A stretch of DNA of 57,444 nucleotides, filler included, from Sluysia triapertura (Eukaryota): NCBI GenBank assembly GCA_046118255.1. It is 4 parts of 4 records of this genome, joined end to end, with 100 filler letters (N's around TTAATTAATTAA, not from the genome) between each part and the next. Parts side by side here need not be neighbours in the genome. Positions count along the whole stretch, not along the records: positions 1 to 18,903 come from JBJNIA010109757.1; 3 more parts are not named here. One strand, written 5' to 3'. Below are positions 1-13,479 of the stretch, one piece after another (the stretch's first letter is position 1; every line of letters begins with the position of its first letter). Under the pieces are notes generated by a model, which saw only the letters and a list, made by a program, of their open reading frames with translations, did not search any database and was not told the DNA's origin. Both the position numbers and the translations under genes were made by a program.

Positions 1-247
1 AATATTATATTAAATAATTTTTATAAAATTTAACAAGCAAAGCTAAAATGTCATTTAATATATTATAATTATACTAATCCACAACAACCGTTACACATAA
101 AATATTAATTGGTGTAGAGTGCATGGTATAACTAACACAATAATAGTTAAAATTTACTGTTATTACTTAATGTTGAGTACTATTATAAAATACTAAACAA
201 TTAAAAAGTTTAAAAATTAAAATTGTTAGTGCAATTAAAATCTTTTT

Positions 248-1123
248 ATGAATTTAATGAATGAATTTACGAACGTGAACGATTTAGATAAAATTGAGAT
301 GACTCAAAAGATACGGAATATTTCAATAAGAGGAGATATAATGAGTCGTATTAACAATAGTGATCTAATTCAAAAATTAAATTTCCCACCAATAGTTACT
401 AGTATAATTCATGATTACTCTCAACTATATAAGAAAGTTCTTGCAACTGCTAATCAGGATGTAATAAGACTTGGTTTTAACATAGAAAAGATCCAATATT
501 TCGAGATTGTCTAGAAATCTAAAACAAAAATTAATACAATACAATATTATACTAAATCCTTCATACAAATCAAGCTGTGATGATGAAAATAATGATAAAA
601 GGAATTTTGAGAATTCCCAATTAGTAGTTTCATTCCAAACCCACCAAGACGTAGCTGCGCTGTTAGTATAGATCGAGATTTCAATTCGTTTAACTTTAAT
701 ACATGTTTTAAAGTGGCTTTCTGTCCTTACTAATCTAATCAGGAAGGTCAATGTTTAAAGTTGGGAACTAGATGTAATTATACACATACAACTGATCAAC
801 TACAAGGACCAGAATTCTGCTATATCATCCAATCGTCACATCACAATAGGTTAAATGATCTTTTGTCAAGCATTCCTACTCGGTTTATTAAGACCGCTGA
901 TTACCCGAGCACAAAGTCATTTCAAGAAAAGTATAACACTGAGAGTAAGATTTATAAATTTTATATCGAACTTATATCACTTTTGTATTTTTATTTAGGT
1001 TTAGAAACAGGCTATCGAATAAAATGGCATATTCTAGATCAAACAAAAACATATAATTTCGATTTAATATTTTTCAATAAATTTAGGTGTCTTAATGACT
1101 TGTTTCTGAATTATTTATCTTAA
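248..1123 (+). pseudogene. Disrupted ORF chain ending in an Unkempt-type CCCH zinc finger plus a conserved helix (family copy 1)
   Basis: Frame of ORF 761 read from 707: FKVAFCPY*SNQEGQCLKLGTRCNYTHTTDQL = C-x9-C-x6-C-x3-H with one TAA at 731. Followed by HHNRLNDLLSS, shared with the copies at 34667 and 35206. Confidence 0.65.
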
Positions 1124-4100
1124 AATTAATGTTTTTAATTAATTTAAATCAAGAAACTTTCTATTTTATAATTTTGAACAATTTTAATAATTTAATATTT
1201 AAATTTGTTCCTACAGACTCACTTTGTTATTTGGTTTCTTATAGAATTGATTTATTCGTTTATTTGTTTTTAAGGTTTTACCAAAATTTCGTTTGCATTA
1301 AGGCGACAATAAATTTTAAATTTAACATCATTTTCAATGATTTTAATTCTAGCGAAATAAAATTCAACATTTATTTTCAATTTGCTAATTTTAGTGCCTT
1401 GAATTGCATTAATGAACGACTGAATTTTAAGATGTCGAAATTTAATTTTAATATTTGAAAAAAATAAATTTAATACTAAATTTAATTTAATTACTAAAGA
1501 ACCCTTTTCATCTAATGACTAGATTGAATGATTGGTGAGGAAAAAGTTGATTATATTATATAAAAATTATATTTTATGTGTATGTGTGTTCATTCAATTT
1601 CATGTAATAATAATTTAATGAGTTTTCTTCAAAACAATGCAACTATTTTGAAAAAGTATTTATAATAATTTTTTAATTTTTAAATAAAATTGGTAAATAT
1701 GTTAAGTGTTTATAAAGTAATAATTATTATTTTTATAATAATTTAAAACTAATTTTGATAATAAATCATTAAATAATACTTAAAGACTGGAACTTCAATA
1801 AACACTTCAAAATTCAACAAAAATAGAAGAATATGTACACGCTGTAGTCATTTTTGAAATTTGGCTAGAATTTAGAGAAATTATTGACGAATGATGATCA
1901 TATAGACTAAATTTAGAAAAAGTCGCAAAGGTAATAATAATTTAATTATTAGGGACAGTAGTCTGATTAGGTTTCTTATTAAACATAATTTTAATCTTGG
2001 TAATAAGAAAGATTTAATTAAGAAATAAAGCTTTAATTAGTAAATCTGTTGTTACATGTAAAAAATATAGATGCACTGAGTACTTGTTATATAAAAAAGG
2101 TGAATTAAATATTAATTAATTAAACAATTTTAATTTTTAACATTTTTTATAACATATTTTACTAATAATAAAAATTGTCTATCTTTCAAGGTTAATTAAT
2201 TAAAATCGTTAAATTTTTTTACTTTTGAAATTAAATTTGTTTATTTTCATTCAAAATCCTACTATAATTAATAAATATTTCAGAATTTACAAATAAAACT
2301 TGTCAATACGTTATGCACTTGTCAATACTTTATGCTAGTTAATATCATTACATATTATTGTTTTGCTAAGATATTCTATCGATGTATTTATATCCACCTT
2401 GCTAGTTAGTATTGCTTTGTGTTTGTTAGTATTAATTTTTTTAGCAAATTCTCCATATTTTATTGAAATCAGATTTATTGAAAGCTAATTTAATATTATG
2501 GATTCAAGCTTTCTTTCCTCACATTCATTTTTTAATTTCTAGCTTCTATTTTGTCATATAAAGTGTTTCGGAGTAATTTTAAGAGTTGTAAATTGAAAGT
2601 TTGTGGAAATTTAGATAATTTTATACATTCTAACATAAGTTCGACAGACTTTTATATAATTTTATTTGAAATAATTCTTTTTTCTAATTATTTCAACATT
2701 GTTTGAAATATGTATCGGTCTCACAATAATAATAAAAGCAATACTAATAATGATAGTGAAAATTGTAACATTTTTATAATAAAGGCATTGATCATATAGT
2801 ACAATGAAATTTGTGAAGGCATCCAACTGTGCAATATCTTTAATATCGCTTTTCAACATTATTGATCATATTATTAAATTCCCTATTAAATTATTAAAAA
2901 TTATTATTTAAATTTTTAAATTATATAAATTATTATTTTTTAAAATTATTATTTGAATTATTCTACTACGCCTTTTTTTAATTATTTTATTGTAAATTGA
3001 AAATATAAACCCTTCAATACTTAAAACACTTTGATATTTTACTGTTACACGCAGAAAATAATACTTTCTGTTTAAACTAATAATTATAAATCTCTTTATA
3101 TAGAAGAAAAGTTGATTTCATCTATTTCATTGTTTCACTAGTTTTATCTATTTATATTGTAGTTTATTTACAAAGGAAGTTTATTTTAAAAGGTACGGAT
3201 GTTGCTGTTCAAAAATCTATTCTATTGACCAATACAGATTGTAAAGTTTAAAGTTTTTTAGTTGTCATTTTGATAAAACCCAAAATTTATCTAAAATCAT
3301 CAAATTTCTTTGTGCAATACAAATTTTTTATCAAACAGATATAACTCTCCATCTTAGTAACTTTACATGTGGTATAACTGAAAACAACGTTTTTTATTAT
3401 TAGGTATTCTAATTCTACTTATTATTAGTTAAAATCCGAATAACATTAAAGACTAAAATGTCTATTTTTGAAGTTATTGTAAAACAATCTAATCCAAAAA
3501 TCATATCAACGTTTATTTAAATGGTAATTGAAACAATAAAATCGAATATTTTATTCAAAATGATTAATTTTTTAAACAAAAAATTAAAATACATAAAATA
3601 TTATACATATCTCATTCCACATAAATTATAGACTAATAATTGTACCATAAAAGTAGTTTAAATATTTTTGCAAACTGAAACTAAATCAATTTAGTTTGTT
3701 AAATTTTTCCTGTTTTTCCTTAAAATATTTATTAAAAATTGAAATTTAGAAGACATAATAAAAAAACAATAATAAAATAATAATAATAATAATTAGAAGT
3801 TTAATTATAATTATAATAATAAATATTAAAATATTTCATACTTGCAATAAACACGAACAGTTATAAATGTTTAGATTTACCTTTTTTGTAAAAAGTTTAT
3901 ATAAATAAGTGATCCTCTACCACTCTGCTGCCTCTACTAGCTTATAAATCCATTGGGTTGTTCGGAAAGAAAGTTCGGTTTTTCCCAACAGAGAACCAAC
4001 TTGAAACTTAAGCCGTATAATCTTTACATATTTTGACACCTGACACAGTAATGCTTGTTTGTTAAAAATTTTGTCAGCAAGGATGAAAAATTTTATGAGC

Positions 4101-4384
4101 AAAATGTATTGGACGAAAATGGAAAATATATATAATTTAGTAAAATGTTTATACACTCTAAAATATCGAAAATAAAAAAACGAAATTATTTACTGAACAA
4201 CCCAATATATACCGTTTACGTCAACATATAATACAGGTGCATTATTCAATGAATCAAGTGAACTTCTTTTAAATTTATCTTATTGTTATTAAAAGTTAAG
4301 AATTGTAATGTTAATTGTTGATTTAACTAGATATAATGGTAAAAGTTTAATCTTAATATTGTTAAATGAGAATAATTTATTTAG

Positions 4385-5017
4385 TGTCACTATATTTGGA
4401 TTGGAACTAGGTCATGAATACAAATTTAAAGTTATATCAATAGGAAGTCTTTGGGAACAATACCAAAACACATCTTTAAGAAGTCAAACATCTATTTATT
4501 TTAAGTTACCAAATACTGCTTCAAAAGAACTACCAGTAATAGACAAAATTAATTTGGTGTATTTAGAAAATGCTACATTTCTTGTTACCTGGCAACCACC
4601 TTTATTGATAACTGATTCTAATGATTTATTAGTGGTTACAAAATATCAGTTACAAATAAAAGTTACATTTCTTTTAAATGGTACTACACATGTTCGATAT
4701 TATTATCGATATTGTACTAAAACGCATTTTATTTATATACCCACATTATTGGTCTTACAGTTGCAGATAAAAATACGTTATCAAATAAATGGTGCTTGGA
4801 GTAAATATTCTGCAATAACAGAAACATCGACATAAATTCAGACAATGAATCAATTGCATGATGTAACATCATCCATGACTTTAGGAAAATCTATTTTTAT
4901 TATGTTTCCCAATTTAGAAACAATACTTTTATTTATATTCTCATCCATCTTAATAATGATTGTATTTCTGATTGTTGTATTTTTAATTCGAAAATTTGTC
5001 TACATTAATTTTAAAAG
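4385..5017 (+). pseudogene. Fibronectin type III repeat + transmembrane receptor exon with one in-frame stop
   Basis: VTIFGLELGHEYKFKVISI, FLVTWQPP and QIKIRY..NGAWSKYS are FN3 strand motifs. ORFs 4308 and 4845 are in the same frame, separated by TAA 4833-4835. Hydrophobic TM segment ILLFIFSSILIMIVFLIVVFLI followed by RK. AG acceptor at 4383-4384, GT donor at 5018. Confidence 0.7.
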
Positions 5018-6951
5018 GTTCGTTTTTAATTATATAATAAAATATTTTTATGAAATACTATTTTAAGATACTTTTATATTGTACTAAATTTTCTGACTGA
5101 AAAATAATTCATTATTGATATAATTATAAATCATTATTAATCATTAATAATTTATTAATTAACTATAATATATGAAATTTGTTTCAAATTTTTATGAATA
5201 AAAATGTATTTGAGTTTTGAAAAGAAAAGCAAAAAAATAAATAGCATTTTTGCAAATAAATATCAAAATGATATCCTAAAGCCTAAACTTTTAAAAATTT
5301 TATATTTTATTTTACAAAAATATTTTTTTGACCTAGATTTAAGTTCTCACGTAAATGTTGGGTTACGGTACTAATAATAATAAAATAATTGTAAATATTA
5401 CATACTAAAAAGAGTAAAAATATAAATAAAGTAAATACGCTAGTATATTTTAAAATACATTAAAATTAATATTATTAGCAATAATTCGTCGCCATCTTGT
5501 TTAATTTGTTGCAGCTTGTGTGGAGGGCAATAAATATTTTAATTTACAAAATCTATTATTATTTTTATTTAATTTTAATTTTTTATCAAAATTATTTACA
5601 ACATTAATCAAACAAAAACAATTTAACTTTAATTCAATTATGTTTAACAAAATAGGCGTAAGGCCTGTAAAATTTAGGAAATTTAACATAACTACAAAAT
5701 TTTATTATTTAAAAACACTAAAAAACAAGAAAACAAGTAAATGGTTAATATTAATAAAACTAGCTCGATGTTCAATAATTTCAATACACGATAATGTGAT
5801 ACTATTTTACGTATTGTTTTCAATTGTATTATAATTCTTGTAACTACATTTATACATTCAATACGCAACATTTTCATGCCATAATGTTGACTACTTTCTA
5901 TAATTATGTACAACAAAATTGATAATTCAATTTGTAAAGAAGCGGCGGATTTTTTTGTTGGTATCTCTGAATAACATGTGAAATGGGCACTACTGCATAA
6001 GCATATAAATATTCTCCATTTTTTTGGTGGATAACAACATTTGACATTAGTAAATCACTACAAAGAATAAATACGACGATAGTTTATTATAAAATACTGG
6101 TAAAAATAACATTAGTTTTAATTCTTCATTTGTCATTAACAAATTTTTATCAAATGTATAAATACTCCAAAACATTACTGAAACAAACATAGCCAACATA
6201 AATAATACAGAAAATGCTAGCTTAAATGAATTACTTCTCATATATGATCTACCAATCTATGCTTAACGAACAATATATCCCAAAACATGTTTGGAAAATA
6301 AGATTTAGGAACATTAGATGTTGGTACTTGAATTCAGAACATTTAAAATGTTTTTTCTTTTGCATCATTATAGGCTTTGAACTTTTACGTTACTTAAACA
6401 TAATAATTATTGTTAGAATTGTTATATTAATTTGACATCATATAAATATTGATTTTTTTAATAAATCAATAATTGATTTTTTTTATTTTTTAAATAATAA
6501 ATTTCTATATTATACGTTTTTTGCTGTTTAGTTGTTATCAACGATAAATTTATGCATAAATAATCTTAGTCAAGTCAATTTTTAAAATGTCCAAAACTTA
6601 GGTTAAATAAACAAAAAGTATCTGATTAAATTAATTAGGTTTATCCATTTTTCATTTCTGATTTATTGTTTGTACTTATGATGTACAATTCATTGTGATC
6701 TTAAACGATTTTTATAGAACTTTAAAGTTTTAAAAAAAGTTCAATAAAAATGGAAACGTAAAAATCATTATCCAATGGAATTTATACTTTACAAGTTTTT
6801 GTCATACTTTTTTTTATCTACATTCAAGAAGATCATCACAACGTTGTTCGACAGTAAAACAATAGCCACATGTAAGTTTGTCGCAGCTAGTTGGTAAAAG
6901 GTAAGTGTCCTTTTGTTGTCTTGGAATCTTCGAATTGTGCAGTGACATCAT

Positions 6952-7159
6952 TTATGCAGTTTTAAGCAGTTTCGATGCCTGCTGATTAGCATTTTTTAAA
7001 CGACTTTCATTATTGATGGCCTTATGATTGATGCGATCGATTTGTTGGTTCTGTTGTGAAATAGAACTTCCCAATATCCGTATTCTTCAAATTACCAATC
7101 ATACCAGCTACTTCGGTTATGTTTTGATCAATTTCATCTTCTCTGGCATCATTTGTGAT
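6952..7159 (-). pseudogene. SNAP25: SNAP-25/23-like C-terminal t-SNARE domain fragment, frameshifted
   Basis: Manual translation ITNDAREDEIDQNITEVAGMIGNLKNT.DI / GSSISQQNQQIDRINHKAINNESRLKNANQQASKLLKTA* follows the SNAP-25 second SNARE motif (TNDARENEM..N...V..IIGNL...DMG.EI..QN.QIDRI..KA..N..RI..ANQRA.KML). One frameshift near 7070. Confidence 0.88.
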
Positions 7160-7699
7160 TGTGTTTTAAATGATGTTTTGAGCGTTTGCTTGCTGCTTCT
7201 AATTTGTGTCGTATTGGGGAAAAGCATTGAGGAAAAACAAGAAAAATAGAAAGACAGACTGATAATAAGTATAAAAGAATTAATAATAATGATAACAATA
7301 ACATAGTTATTATATTTATTAATACTGAAGTGTTGATGTTGAAATTTATTATAAAATTTATTATAAAATTTATTATGAAAATTATTATAAAAGTTATTAC
7401 TTGATAATCATATCATATAACAATAAAGACTATAATTATTGTAAATGACTAATTCATTTAATTTTTAAATTTTATTTTTATTAAAAATATTTTATTTTTT
7501 AATTTTAATTAAAATTATTATTCTTAACGTGGTCCTATAAATTAATTATTCAAAAATTCTAAAATATATTATTTTGTTTTAATCAAAATACGATAATCAA
7601 AACGCATAAAAATGAACAATAAAATTTTTGCTTATAAATTTATAGAATAGATTTTGTTTTTAAAATTTTAGCTTGGAAAACAGTTGTCAAAAGTTTTAT

Positions 7700-8258
7700 T
7701 CAAGGATCACGTTAGGTTAATTTTCTTATAAGGTTAGATATTCATTGAATATCAAAAGTAAAAGGACTTAAATTCATTAATTTTTATCTGGATCTTGTAA
7801 AGATCTAAGGAAAAATATTATTTAAAATATCTTTGTAAATAAACTAATTGTATTTAGTTTGACGTTAATTTACTATTTTATTATTTTATTCTTTAATTTA
7901 TTGTTCATGTTAATTTTTGCTAATAAAATGTTAACTTGTTATTTAAATTTCTTTAGTATGGTTTTAAAATCATAGAATTAATTGATTTTGAAAGCTTTCG
8001 CACACTAGAAGTTAATTCTAGTTGGTAAAATCTATTTTTCTGATTCCATATAACGGAATCCACGTAACATTATCATTTAAATTTGTTACAATTGATATGT
8101 AATTAAATTTCCAAAACATTTACCTCCAGAATTAAGGTGTTAGGTAAAATCGCTATAGTTTAAAATTCAAACATCTTTTCTTACATTGAAATCCACGGCT
8201 GGCCCTCGCTGGTAAGTCCAGTACGTTGGTGAACTCACGTTAATTTTAATTTATTCTA
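7700..8258 (+). repeat. Dispersed repeat, copy A (inverted relative to 16771-17290)
   Basis: 50-bp core 8189-8238 matches the reverse complement of 16792-16841 at 46/50. Looser collinear blocks (cctccagaa, aaggtt(a)gatat, tggatct) extend for about 0.5 kb. Confidence 0.8.
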
Positions 8259-10619
8259 TTTTCTAACTTTTCTTACAAAATGAATAAAACAGTACTTTTT
8301 GAAATAAAGCAAGAGACACGAAAACTTTAAATATTCTATCACGCCTGCTGAATTGAGAAACAAGACAAAAAGAAAAACGGATACTCATAGTAAGACGAAT
8401 TCACCCAACAACACACTATGAAGAACTTAAAGAGAAACTCAAGATTCAATATCAAAAAATAAAATCCTATAACCGTGTACATGCAAATTATGTTAATGAT
8501 GAAACTCATTCGAAAACTTAAACGGAGAATATCGTTTTCACCAGTGATCCTAGTATTCTGCACGTTAACGTCGATCTTGGCGAAACATCTGATATCAAAA
8601 CCGACAATCTATGTATAAATCTTAACATTTTTGATGGTCTAGATAATTGCCGTTATGAATTTTTTCCAATTACAGGACATTCATGGGGAATTTTAGATAA
8701 GTTTCAATCATCGTTTAGTTACATGGAACATTATCACAATTTATAATTCACTTACAATTTGAACAATTCAATAGATTAGTAGTAATTTGTATTTATTATT
8801 TATTTAACTCAAACTATACAGTGAATTTTTATTTATTTAGTAAGATAGGTTTTCATTATCAATGGCATATTCAAAAAATGACAGACAATTTATTCGTAAA
8901 TTATGATCCTGTTGAAATAAATAAATTTAGAGTTTTTCATTTGTTATTAATTTTAGTTCTTTTCAAAAGATTAAAATTGAATTTTAATACAATAAAGTTA
9001 TTGATTTTACTTATTCTTAGATTAAAATTTGTTATTTTTATAATGAATTCAAATTTGATAAATAAAAGTTTTACCAATAGTCGTTCATAAATTAATTTGG
9101 CTAACATCATTTAATACTAACATTTCAACCAACTCAACATCATATTTACAAGCCCAAACTCAGTGGTCTTCAAAATCGTTCACAATATGACAACACTAAC
9201 TCTCGCATAGTTAGTAACCTATTACTAAAAATAATTTTGATTTGCTTTATCCATGATCATGACTTTTGTCTCTATTTATTATTTTTTAGGATTCCACAAT
9301 TGAAACTACTGGCACCACAAAAATTAATCAAAATTTTTCGATAATTGCAGTTAAAAAATTCATATATTATACTTTTGGTAATAAAATTTTATGTTATTGT
9401 TTAATTTATTATGTACATAATAATATTCGTAAAGAAATTCTTATTTTAAATTTAATAAAAACTAATTTTAACAATATTGTAAATGCTTATAATTTTTGTA
9501 ACGATGATTTAAATTTCTATAATTTTAAAAACATAATCATCATAATTTTAAAACCTTTAACCCAAAGTAAATATTACTAGATCAATATTAAAATATTTTA
9601 CTTATATTTAATTTTAAAATTATTTCTTATGAAAATATTTAACTAACGATTAGTTTGTTAAATGTTGAAAATTCGAATATTGATCTGTCGATTAATTTTT
9701 TTAATATCGAAAATAAAATTGATGAAGACAAAATTGAAAATTTTCCTTTATGCGTGTTTTTTGTTGTACAATTGAGAAAATATAAATTCTCAAAAATTGT
9801 AGCAAACGAAGTTAAGTTGATTATAATTGTAAAATTATGGCTGAAAAATTCTAAAATTAATAATTCTATTTAAAGTTTTTGTTGACCCTGACTTTATTTA
9901 CATACATAATCGGCGTTGAATTTACACATTCCAAAATAATTTTTTAATTTTAAATAATTTTTACATTAAAATATTGGCAACAACTATTTATTTAATTCTA
10001 CATAAGTTTTATTTACATTATTTAATTAAACATTTTACAAAACATAACTTAATATATTTTACAATAAAATTTATATTACACATTAATCTCTTAACGAAAA
10101 AATTAATGTTTAATTCCGTGTTTAATGTTGCTCTTAAACAACTTAAAGTTGCTTTTAAAATTGAAATTATAAATACGAAAATAATGAAAATAATTTTATT
10201 TATGTTACAAATAGTGTTTATAATCAAACTGTCCACAGGTCACTTTTGGATAATGTTGAATAAAAATTTTAGTTACTACGATAAATTTACTAACAATTGC
10301 CTTTATACTGAACGTGAGTAATTTCCGCTTAGGGTTGGAAGAACAGCAACATTGTCCAGTCTTCCGACAATCCTAGGTTGGAATTTTAAATTTATTTAAA
10401 AACTTACAAAATCTTCATTTTAAGAAAACACAAACAAGAATTAATTAAATCTGCAAATTTGTTTTGATTTATAGGAACATCATATTAATAAAATATTTCT
10501 ACGCAAAAATTAAATCTTCGATTCCCATTCATTAATTTGATATTTAAAATCTATAACATTAATAAAATATTTATAGCAAGTAGTTTCTACAAAAAATGTT
10601 TTCTGATAATGAAAAAATT

Positions 10620-10945
10620 TATGCTGTGGCACACACCAAATTTAGCAATAAGAGAGTTCATTAAGAAATTCCAAAATTCGCAAATTCATGCATCACAAAT
10701 ACATTAAACGTAGGACTGATAAAAAAATTAACGTAAAAATTCAAGAAGAAAGTTGTGATAACAGTGCTTTAAGTAAGTGACGAAAATCCAACAATATTAG
10801 TCAAATAAAAGGCCTGTGAACTAAATGTAAAGTAATTAACAATTCAAGAAATCAGATATTTTGAAAAGATAAAGCCGTGAAAATTCCAGACTGTGCAAGA
10901 ACTTATTGAAAGGGATACTGATAGAATGCAGTATTATACAAATGG
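10620..10945 (+). mobile_element. Degenerate IS630/Tc1/mariner transposase N-terminal (HTH) fragment
   Basis: Pieces AIREFIKKF, ENP..., ELNV and KFQTVQELIERDTDRMQYY resemble the 'YKxQxVQELxxxDxxRRxxFC' motif of invertebrate mariner-like transposases. Many indels. Confidence 0.55.
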
Positions 10946-12802
10946 CAAGTTTCGCTAACTTTTTCAATACTCGTACTGTCAGATAGGGCAACATTTCATC
11001 TTCCTGGTGCATCATCTAAATTACTAATCAATTAATAATCTTCATGCTATTATTGAAAGGCCTATAAAAAACCAGTAAATAATGGATCGAAATTTGATAT
11101 AATATTCTATTTATACTAGTTAATAGTTTATTAATCATTTTTCGTAAATAAACTTCAAACCTTCGCTCATTTAATTTGGGTGATTTTACATTCAAATTGT
11201 GGCCTAACTTAATAAGCTAACAAATTGCTATTTCAATGTGAGATAGTGTAACGGAAAACGTCAGTTTGGATTTTATAAAGATCTTACACTGTGAAAAGTA
11301 CTATTTGTATTTTTCACTTTATTTATCAAATATTTTCCCAAAAAAACCTAAATTAAAAAAATTATCTGATTTTAAAGGATCTGAAAATTGATTTTCTGGT
11401 TGCTTATTTGAATTACCATTATCCCTGTCAACAACAAAAGCAACATAGAAATATATACAAGAATTAAAACAACTTTTACGAATGAGAAACAATTATACCA
11501 CAGCTATTGCATGTCATAAGTATACAGAAAATACATCTTGCGGTTGACTGATACAATAATTTATAATTAAAATTTAAAATCACAATTATTACTTGCAACC
11601 CATACAAGAACGATATCTCGACTTGGTTTCCAAAATAATGGTATCAGAATTAAAGTATAAATTACGGTTTTACGCCAATCGTCAATCCACATGATACACA
11701 ACCAGCAATCAGCACATCGGCCACTCTCTCTAAATAATATATAATCATTATCGTTAATATGATAATTTGGCCATTTACAAAACAACGAAGCTCCTAAAAT
11801 ACAAATTTCAATTATTATTACTCGGTTTGAGTAGCATAAATAACGGAGTCATAAAAATGTTGACACTACAATATTAATATCACAATTCTGATTTGCATTT
11901 TTACTACTACTATTACAATTTGACTTAATTATTATTATATTAATTATTGCTTGCTGTCATCGATAATTAGTAATGATAGACAGATTTCTGCTATAATTAC
12001 AATCACAAGTTATTTGATAAGTACTTATTATTCTCCAATCAACTGGCGACTTGAACCAACCAAATTATATTTTAAACCGATTATAATCAAAATCAAGAAG
12101 TTAATAATTCATAAAGATTATCTTAATTTTTATAAGAGGTATAAAAATTGACTCAAACTACTATTTTAAAGTTGGTCCCAGAATCAACTACAAAATCCAT
12201 TTAAAATATCGAACTTTCGAATAAAGCATTAAACACTTTATCCAATAAACTCTTATTTTTATTATAATCATTAATTATTACTGGTTTATTTTATGTCTTG
12301 CTAAACATAAATATATTTATTTTATTGAATCATATAGTTGGTAATACAATGTAGCTTGTTCAATACAATTTCGTTGTTAATAATAAGTTCATCACATTAA
12401 GATATTAAGGCTGATTATTTTGATTAACGATTAAAAAACTGATATCGTAAGATAAATTTGATCATACATTCACTTATCGTTATTTTAAGTTGATCATTTT
12501 GTGGTTACAACAAATAAGATAAATTTGATTATTGTTGTAGTCTCGACCAAATATACTTTCCTTAATTCGTTGCCTTATTTCGTTGATTATTTTAGTGATT
12601 ACGACTAATATAAATACATTAAACATTAATTTTTTAATTTTATAATAAAATTATAAAATATAGAACAAGATTTATCGTTTTAGTCACACCTTTTAAGTTC
12701 ACTAATAAACATTTTAGTAATATTATCAGACCCTCGAAGATTCGAATAAATAGAACTTCCTGTCAGTCTTTTTTACTAATTTAACATTTGTAATTATTCA
12801 CG

Positions 12803-13030
12803 TTGTAGTGTCACACTACAACATATATCATATATTTCATTCACTATCACCATCAATTACACCAACTCATCACAAATAAATCACATCAAAATAAAACAAG
12901 TTTAAACATCCGCAGTATCACATCTTATCTCAGATAGATTAAAATACATAATAAAACCTTTTCATCAAAATCATTTTACTAATACCTTTTAACATGTAAC
13001 GCTTATTGCCACTCCATCGACACTATTGCA
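12803..13030 (+). repeat. TTGTRGTG-headed C/A-skewed module (short copy, head is a 21-bp palindrome)
   Basis: gttgtagtgt-c-acactacaac at 12802-12822, followed by G-depleted, C/A-rich sequence and then broken ORFs at 13026-13479. Confidence 0.55.
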
Positions 13031-13479
13031 CTACCTTTTATTGTACTTTTTATTGAAATTTTATAACGAATACGATGACAATCACCGTGATGATTATGAA
13101 GGTTTACTCACGTCAAGTACAATAAACATGAACGATGATCTTAATATGGTTTTTCTAAACAACACAACAAAAACAAAAGTAAAAATTTTCCACAATAAAT
13201 TTAGTCGATCAAATTTAGTTGGCACAATTACGTATAAAGTCATTTAATCATCCTAACGAAAATAATCTCATATCAATGCTGAAAGACTCAAATAATGATG
13301 TAAATATAAAGTTATTTAATCATCTTGGTGAAATTAATCCCATATTATTTCTGAAAGATTCAAGCTCCAGTAATCCGGACGAAGCTACAATGGGTGAAAA
13401 GATCAGAATTCCAAATAGATATAGCACAATTATTATTGATTCAAATACGAAGCAAGATCCGTTAAACATTCTAACCTAG
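13026..13479 (+). pseudogene. Two overlapping ORFs of unknown product downstream of the module
   Basis: ORFs 13026-13247 and 13219-13479 have protein-like composition and overlap as if frameshifted. No family recognised. Confidence 0.25.

Noticed and set aside
2298-2335. Short tandem duplications (also near 17730, 26290 and 51675)
   Set aside because: Simple 2-copy slippage duplications with no further structure.
3160-3400. Kinase-like remnant (YKG..KGTDVAVQK; HQISCAIQ)
   Set aside because: Only two short motifs in broken frames, with no HRD or DFG.
9311-9320. ggcaccacaa as a tenth module head
   Set aside because: The adjacent leftward sequence lacks the expected G/T skew and purine block.
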